This document shows positions 56,700-64,000 of a stretch of DNA of 64,000 nucleotides, piece after piece (within the stretch, counting starts at the first letter, position 1; every line of letters begins with the position of its first letter). The position numbers and the translations under genes were made by a program. Origin of the DNA: Guillardia theta CCMP2712. Lineage: Eukaryota; Protista; Cryptophyta. The stretch is from assembly GCF_000315625.1 (NCBI RefSeq), contig NW_005434667.1, forward strand, positions 405,160 through 469,159, given 5' to 3'. The notes under the pieces are model-generated. The model made no database searches. It was given only the letters and a program-made list of their open reading frames with translations, and was not told where the DNA came from.

Positions 56700-59110
56700 T
56701 ACCTCACTTTTCATTCTGTGCTGCCCTGACACTGCCCTCAAGGCTCTCAGCAGAGCATGGCGTAATTGATCTTCTCTTTCCTGAGCAGAAGCATCACTTG
56801 GCAACGTCGCACTAAAATCGTTTGCTAACCTCTTTGCTTCGCTGTCAGGAGAGAACGGCGGGTCCTTTCTCGAAGTAAGGGCATCTGGAGCCAGTAGCAG
56901 TGAGCTTCAACTGGCAGACTGAAGTTTTACAGCACCTGCATAGGGCGATGTCGAAGAATGTCTAGGGGTCACGTGAGATTGCGGTGACAGTCCGAAGTTG
57001 GGCGCTGACCTGCCAACAAGTCACATGCCCGCAAGGTCGCTCAAAGTCACTCACTCTTCAACATGCAGCCCGAAAGCCGGCTTGTCGAGCTGTTTCCGAG
57101 CAGAGTCGCAGCTATCGTTAAATCTGGGAATGGAGGGGCTCACAGAGGGGGAGACTGAGGACTTGAGGGGATGAGAGAGTCTGCCGTCATTGGAGAGATC
57201 GTTTCCGCTCAGGTTCCGCAGTGCCTCCTCCTTCTGAGAGCATTCCATCTGCAAGCGCATGATGCTTGACTCGAGCGTCTGCATCCTCGAGGTCAACCGG
57301 GAGACTTCGGAGGAGAGGTACTGCCTCTCCTTCTTAGAAAAGCTCAGCTCGTCCCGCAGATGTTCGCTTTCTCGCTCCAGTGCTGAGTACTGCTCTAGGA
57401 TGTCCTGATGAGCCCTCTGCAAGGGAGAGCTTTGATAAGACAAACCCCCAGTTGCCTGCAGCACCAAGGAGCTCAACTCCTGCAGCTTCTTGGCGGTCTT
57501 GTTTCGAGTCTGAGGGCTGAGATTCTTCTCCACATCCTGCAGTTGTCCGCTCCTCAAGCTCTCGGTGATCTGATCGATGATGGTTCGCACGTAGCTCAGC
57601 TCTGCACAGGCCTCGCATTTCACCAGGTGGGCGGAGACTCCAACCCTCGACTCCTCGTCCACCTGCTCATGTCTGCCCCGATCCCGGGGTTGCGCTCGTC
57701 GTTGACGATGTTTGGTCTGATGCTCCTGCGCCTCCTCCTTGTTCTCGCTCTCGCGTGAGACGCCATGGCCCACGAACTGCTCGGGGTTTGCATCCTGCAA
57801 GTCTGTGCGCTGCATGGGGGCCTCATCCTGATCAGCGTCGCGGTCAGTTGTGAAAGCTCAGAAACACTCGCAACCTTGTCGCCATGTTCAGCAGGAAAGA
57901 GCTCAAGACACGTTGCGCCTTGTCGCACTGTCAGTTCTAGCAAGGAAAACACCGCAGCATCTCACAGTCAAACATACTTTCCCTTTCACTTTCATCTGGA
58001 TCTCTTGGAGACATGTGAACATTTTCTTTGGGGAATTCTTGAAACAAGTTCGTATCCTTACGGAGGAATTCAGTCAGAATCTGATCATCCAACTTACACT
58101 ATCACCTTATATTCCACTATTTCATCGTTCATGACCGGTGGCTCTTTCTCCTTGAGCCCCAACAAGCGATATTTCTCGTAGGTCTCAGGGAGCTGTGCGG
58201 TACATCAGGAGCTGTGGGTTGCTACATGCAAGCGGTGAGTCTATCAACCTCTTTGAAGTCTTCTGAGTCCAAGCTGACATGATTGTCTTCGGACTTGTCC
58301 ATTATCATGCAGCTGGAATGCTGTGGAACGCCAAAAATGTCATCCTGATGTCTTCATATCACTAGTAGGGCATCTCTCACCGTCCCATCCATGTAACAAC
58401 AGAATCTCAGGTCATCATCTGGGAGGTCTTGTATTTCTCCGATCACAAAACTGTCCCTCCTGGTCAGATGAAGTCAATCTTCTCCAAGTCTCGATGGATT
58501 GTTGTACAGGAACTTGACGGTGTGATCCATGTGATCGAATTCAACAGAGATCTTATCGCCCAAGGACAAAGGATCCAAAGTTTCATCTTCGAATTCTTTT
58601 CCATCACACAGAAATCCCTTCAATCAATTTTCAGGCAATCATCTCACGTCAGATTGATGCACCTTGTTCAATACAAACCATGCCGAGCCGGATGGTAGTC
58701 GACGCAAAGAGTCATCAAGAGGTACTGAAGCTTTCTGTTCGACTAGTTCAAGAAGATAATACTAGTAATTCTAGGAATACCGCAACGCCCACAGCAAAGT
58801 ATTTGCAGTCTCCTTCAAAAACAACTTCCATACTTTGGACTTTTGGTACAGAGCCAAAAGATCCGGACAAAGCAACAGAAAAATCTAGTGGAAGATCAAA
58901 AAATATGTTTGATGTTAAGCGTTGGCCTACCTGGGATGTTCGAAACCTTTTCTACTTTCAGACCCTCTCTCTGTATCTTCATTCCATCCCCGCACAAGGC
59001 CCATCGAACAGAATAACTGGAAACCATGACCAGTTGCTGTCAACAAATCCTAGAATGCTAGAGCTCCTGCCGTCAGTGCATGATAACAATCAGCCTGTAA
59101 AGGAAATTCA
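56700..59110 (-). CDS. Multi-exon hypothetical coiled-coil protein, ends approximate
   Basis: 254-aa exon 57051..57815 with heptad pattern, flanked by further short exons. Confidence 0.45.
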
Positions 59111-59444
59111 AACATGAAAAGGATTCTTTGAGGTATCATTTGCGTATGCTGCTGACCTTCTATGTATTCTTGACGTTTATCTTATATCACTTTGATCTCA
59201 CACTCCCCGTTACTACCTTCTACTCGCTCTGCACTGCAAAACAATTCAGATGACGGATGTTATGTTTGTTTGGAGAAAATTACAAAGACACGAGGAAAGA
59301 GAGAAAAAAGGAGGGAGGGAAGGAGCGGACGGATGTGAAGGGGGCGGGCGGGCGGGCGGGGGACGGGCGGGAGGGAACAGAAGTTCAACATAGGGGTGGC
59401 TGCAAGAGAGTAGGTAAAACGTGGGGAGGGAAAGGTAGGTAGGT

Positions 59445-59650
59445 GAGAGAGGGAGCAGGATGGGAGCACGAGGGAGCGAGCAGGAGGGGAGCAGGAGGGG
59501 AGCAGGAGGGGAGCAGGAGGGGAGGGAGCAGGAGGGGAGGGAGCAGGAGGGGAGCAGGAGGGAGCAGGAGGGGAGCAGGAGGGGAGCAGGAGGGGAGCAG
59601 GAGGGAGGAAGGAGGGAGGAAGGAGGGGGAGGGAGTAGGAGGAGGGAAGA
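59445..59650 (+). repeat. Polypurine GAGCAGGAGGG-type simple repeat
   Basis: Degenerate 10-11-bp tandem units. Confidence 0.85.
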
Positions 59651-59811
59651 GCCTTGAAGAGCAACCCTGTGCCAAAAACTTGAGATGTGATCAGAAACTT
59701 TTGAGCAATATTTTCAAGAACATTTTCAAATTACATCAGTAAAATTCAAATATTAGCCATAGTCTTTTTAAAATCTAATTTCATTCTCATCTTGCCGGTA
59801 GTATCGGAGCG

Positions 59812-62800
59812 ATGGCTCGGGAGGCGTTGGATACAGCGCTAGAGTTGTTGGTGATGGCGGAGGAGGCGAGCTTGAGGAGCAGGAGAACAGTCGGATCATC
59901 ATCCTTCGCATCTGATGCCTCCAGCAACCCTCCTCCTTCCAACGCCAACTTGTCTTCATTCCTTGCCTCGTCCTCCTCTTCCTCTATCTTCACAAAACCC
60001 ATCCTTTCGTCGAAGAGAATGATGAGCAACGCACGGAGAAGGTCTTCAGTGCATTCGCATGCTCCCTCTTGGCTGAAATGGATGAGGAATGGAGCTCAAA
60101 TGTTGGACACAACCATGGAAAAGCTCAAAGACGATTCCCAAACCATCGAAAGAAAGATCATGGATGCCTCAAAGCGGCTAAACCAAGGGATACAAGGTTT
60201 TGCCATGGGGAAGTATGATTTGACACAGGAAGAGATTGTTGGGATTCTTGACATTCTGAGGATTGTTGTCATTCCAAACATTGAAGGGAGGATGAAGACA
60301 ATAAAGAGAATCATATCAGAAATCAAAACTTCGGGGGTTCAGGAATACAAGGAATATTTCGATAGCCCGTCGAGGGATTTATTCTTCTACGAGAATGAAC
60401 TTGAAAAAAGAAGCATCCAGCTAGAAGCTTCGTCAAAGGATATCGTAATCCTGAGCAGGAAACTCATTGAAGGAAAGAAAAACCATGCTGACGACACACA
60501 ACGGGCAAAGAAGTTGACAACGTCATTGTATCATTCAGCATCTCGTTCGAAGCTTGATTCTCCATCTAACAAGACGAAAGCGAATGCATTCGACGCGGAA
60601 AAGGTACTGTCATTACTGCAAAGTAAGAAACCATCAGACAAGCTGGTTGGAATACAAGCAATCAATCATCAATTGCTCGTCAATTGGGATAGTGCTCGGA
60701 TCGAACTTTTCCTCCAAGAACTGTTTTCATGCCTTTCAAACGTCAATAGTATGGTTCGGAAAAGTTCGCTTGATCTAATACCTGATTTGTTTCATAACAT
60801 ACCGGTGATTATAAGGGCATACGAAGAAGATCAAACCTTATCTCAAGAAGAAAAGACCATTATCGAGCAGAATATCTTGGATCAAAAAATACTTAGCAAA
60901 TGTTTGCAAAGTGTAGACCATCACGGACTAGAGATGAAACAAACTCTCATAAGCCTGCTGGGAAACATCGTTTGGTCGAAAGACTTGGAATCTTTGAGTC
61001 GAATGCATTCTTTCCTCGAGGATCCTTCTCCTTATGTGCGCAAAACAACAATCATATCCTTGGCAAAAATTGTTTTTCCAGAGGGGTGCACAGAAACATT
61101 TCATCGAACAGCTCAATTGCAGTACGACAAGGAATGGCTCGTCCGCGTTGAGTTGTGCACTTCACTTCCAAAGATGGCAGGGTTGGTTGCTGATGATAGT
61201 TGCAAAGCTGCTGTCAAACGGTCCATGGAGGACGATGAAGATGAAGAAGGCTTTGGAATGAGCCATTCGTACAATGTGTTTGAAATGGATTTGGATGTTG
61301 CAAAAAGCTCTCCTTCCGTGAAAAGTGAGCGAACTATGAAGGTGAGGATGTATCACCCTGATAAGATTGACAAAGACAAGATGAAGAAGAGCCTGCTCGA
61401 TATCATTGTAAGAATGTTAGATGATGACTCGTGGAATGTTCGCCGAGCAGCAGTGAAAGTTTTTGCAACATTTGCTCATAAGGGGAAAAAGACCACAGAG
61501 ACTCTCTTCCCTCTTTGTGAAGATCCCAAACTCCAAGTCTGTAAAACAACTTTCGAGTGCATTCCCAGAACAATTTCTCAAAAGACTTCAGAGTACAACG
61601 AAACAGTGCTTGCATTGCTAACAATCTTAGTGTCAAACATGAAGGACTCCCGGTCCAAAGGTTCTGCTCCTCTCTTTTTGAGTTGTTAGTGAACTTCTTG
61701 CTGCTGCAGACCTGAAGGACCTGATAGTCGAGAAGCGCAAGGCTGAAATCAGTGACTTTGCTCTGACCTGCATCCTACAAGTTGCAAAGAAGGACAACGC
61801 TCTGGTCATCAACGGTGACAGATTGTTCATGGCACCGAGGTGTCTTCTAATTTCAAAACTGCAGAGTTCGTCCGAATCCTTGAAACGAATCACAACCCAG
61901 TAATGATTATCTCTGTTCTAGAAGTTTGGCCCAAGTTGATTTCTCCTTCGGATAATCTGAACGGTAAAGCTGTCCTGACGATATCGACTGTGCTGACCTT
62001 GCGAAGCCATGAGACCCGTCTTGAATCTGCTCTGCTCCAATGAAGAGGTCGTCAGAAAACAAGTCGCTACCATTTGTCCCATGCTGTTGTCAAATCCACC
62101 CAGCAGGTCGTTAGTTTTGAGATTATGAATGATCGGATTTCGACGTTTCTAACAGGAATTTGCAGTGACATCGTTTCATTTCTTGTTGTTTTCCTTTCAC
62201 ATGAAAACATTTCTGTCAGAAAAGCAGCGATTGCGGTTCTTCAAGTATGTGATACCCCAATGGATTCCTATCATGATGCGATTCCAGGACATATCTGGTC
62301 TCAATGGCGAAGAATTAAAGAGCCGGCGTGCTCAACTACAGAAGATAGCCTTCGGATCCAAAGAGACGATTGAAGTGTTGTCGGGAGAAGGGAGGCTGAT
62401 ATCAGACGGATTGAATGAGGTCATGCAGGAGCTTGATATGTCTTGAATGCAGCCTGTGAGTTCAGTTGCAGGAAGAAGAGAGGATGTTGAGCAGGCACGG
62501 CAACGACTTCGTAGCCAAAGGACTGGTCTGCGAGATGATCAAGGTACTCGAATGTCTTGGTGGGAGGTCGAGTGAAGGAAGGCAGGGCACAAGTGGGTTA
62601 GAATCGAGTCACTGGAAGCGAAGGATTCTCCTTCTCAATCAGTACGGTATGCTCCCTCTGATGGGCCCGTGCGCTTGTGAGGGTCTTGAATCAGGCGAAG
62701 TCTGGCTCGCGTCCATGAATCATTTGCTCGATCCGATTCAAATCATCGCCAGGAACTCCGACATCGTCGTTACCAAGTTGCAGTTCGGGTCGCTCTTCCA

Positions 62801-62894
62801 ATCGGCTCTCCGTATCGATGTAGCTGGTGCGATCCTCTTCACGTGTGCGCTCGTGACATGCGGCGTGCCTGAGGTCAGATGGAAATCAGACTGA
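59812..62894 (+). CDS. HEAT-repeat protein, multi-exon, 3' end approximate
   Basis: LEDPSPYVRKTTIISLAK, DKEWLVRVELC, LDDDSWNVRRAAV, LSHENISVRKAAI. Confidence 0.7.
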
Positions 62895-62979
62895 GACGTA
62901 CAACTTGGGTTTCATCACGAGAGAAGAGTTTGTCGGCAAGCTGAAGTTTTCTGCGATGTTGTGAAATCTGACTCCCGCT

Positions 62980-64000
62980 TTCTAGCTTGGCTCTGTGATT
63001 TCATAGAGATCGAGAAGAAAAACTCTCGTAGCAATGTGCGAAAAAGAAAGGATGAACATCGTCGTGTTGATTACAACATGGTAATTGATTTTTAAGAAAC
63101 AGGGAACAAGGTTGACTGAATTTGTAACAGACAAAATATGAAGAAAATTACTATGGCAAGACAGAGATGGCACTGGATCAATTCATAACTGAGTTGATGA
63201 CTCCAAAGCTTGTAATGACAAGTCCGGACTTGACGAAACTCTGATTCGATTCTTATCAGACCTCAATAGGCGACAGGCAGAGCTCAGATAGAATGAGAAT
63301 TCTAGTCGAGAGATTGAACAATCTCGTCACTGATAAGGAGGTGAATGCTGATGAATCGGTTGATCTGATCGCGCATGCTAAGAAGGGAATCTTTAGCTGT
63401 TCTTTCGGTTTGCAGATGACTCTCAGCGACTAAACGACAGAAATCTTCGAAACCAGAACACGATCACGAACTTTGAGAGTGCAAAGATGAGCATCACCGA
63501 GCTGATTCGAATGTTGAAACATTTCGATGTATGAATTTGAGCTAACGAAGCAGATCACCTGATCATTGAGCAGTTGTTTGGAACTTACTTCAGTCCCAAA
63601 CAAGTGAGCGAAGCATGGAAGATCGCAAACTCTGGCGAAGGACCCAGCGAGGATCACGACAACCTACAGGTGAAGTTGTTGATGTGGTGCTGGCGAGTTG
63701 AGACGAGTCAAGATGGACTGGGAAGAGTTTCAAGTCTGTATCAAGACGCTAGGAAAGCAGGTTATTCGTCTTTCTCTCTCAGAGTTTTCTTGCTGAAGTT
63801 CTCGATCAGGCGGGTATTGATGTGCAATCCGAAGAAGACGAAAGATTCAAAGTGCCTCCTCGCCTGTGCACCTCAAAATCTGACCTGTCTGCTTGATAGA
63901 ACCTTCAGAAGTATCAGATCACAGAGGTCAAGAACTTGCTCTTGCAGCACTGGAATGATTTTCAGCTCTTTGCTCGATATTGCGCTGGTTATCATGGAAG
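62980..64000 (-). CDS. 3' part of a multi-exon hypothetical gene starting beyond the window
   Basis: Short minus-strand coding-like segments separated by ~50-nt GT-AG-like introns. Confidence 0.3.

Noticed and set aside
59257-59742. Pro-rich and Gly-rich ORFs
   Set aside because: Translations of a polypurine simple repeat.

Overview
This eukaryotic window has two parts. Bases 1 to ~18,040 are AT-rich, intronless and densely packed, and look like an endogenised large DNA virus segment (NCLDV-like). The segment holds an AEP primase fused to a UL9-like origin-binding helicase (minus strand, runs off the window edge, missing from the ORF track), a Bro-N/T5orf172-like protein and a frameshifted GT25 glycosyltransferase. 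It also holds six HMG-box + E/K/A-repeat paralogs, two CxH-x6-CxxC-GG repeat proteins, an RWP-RK-like gene and a C2H2 (MIGE-like) gene. Many of these genes share an AAAA(A/G)TGA upstream motif, and the HMG genes end in 3' hairpins. The most unusual signal is a family of six non-coding elements. Each is a 160-190-nt imperfect rod-like hairpin whose arms co-vary between copies, usually followed by a 16-17-nt variable segment and a GC-rich hairpin or cloverleaf. From ~18,040 to the end the DNA is GC-richer host sequence with short GT-AG introns, most consistent with a cryptophyte such as Guillardia (inference). Host genes: SNRNP27-like, a ~5,900-aa secreted Cys-rich/EGF/FG-GAP repeat protein, a mitochondrion-targeted rubrerythrin with ExxH changed to ExxQ, a DUF3712/LEA2-like protein, a PHD-bromodomain protein, an RluA pseudouridine synthase, a plastid-targeted NAD(P)-binding protein, a HEAT-repeat protein and several unknowns. 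Multi-exon host gene boundaries are approximate. All family calls come from motifs read by eye, not from database searches.
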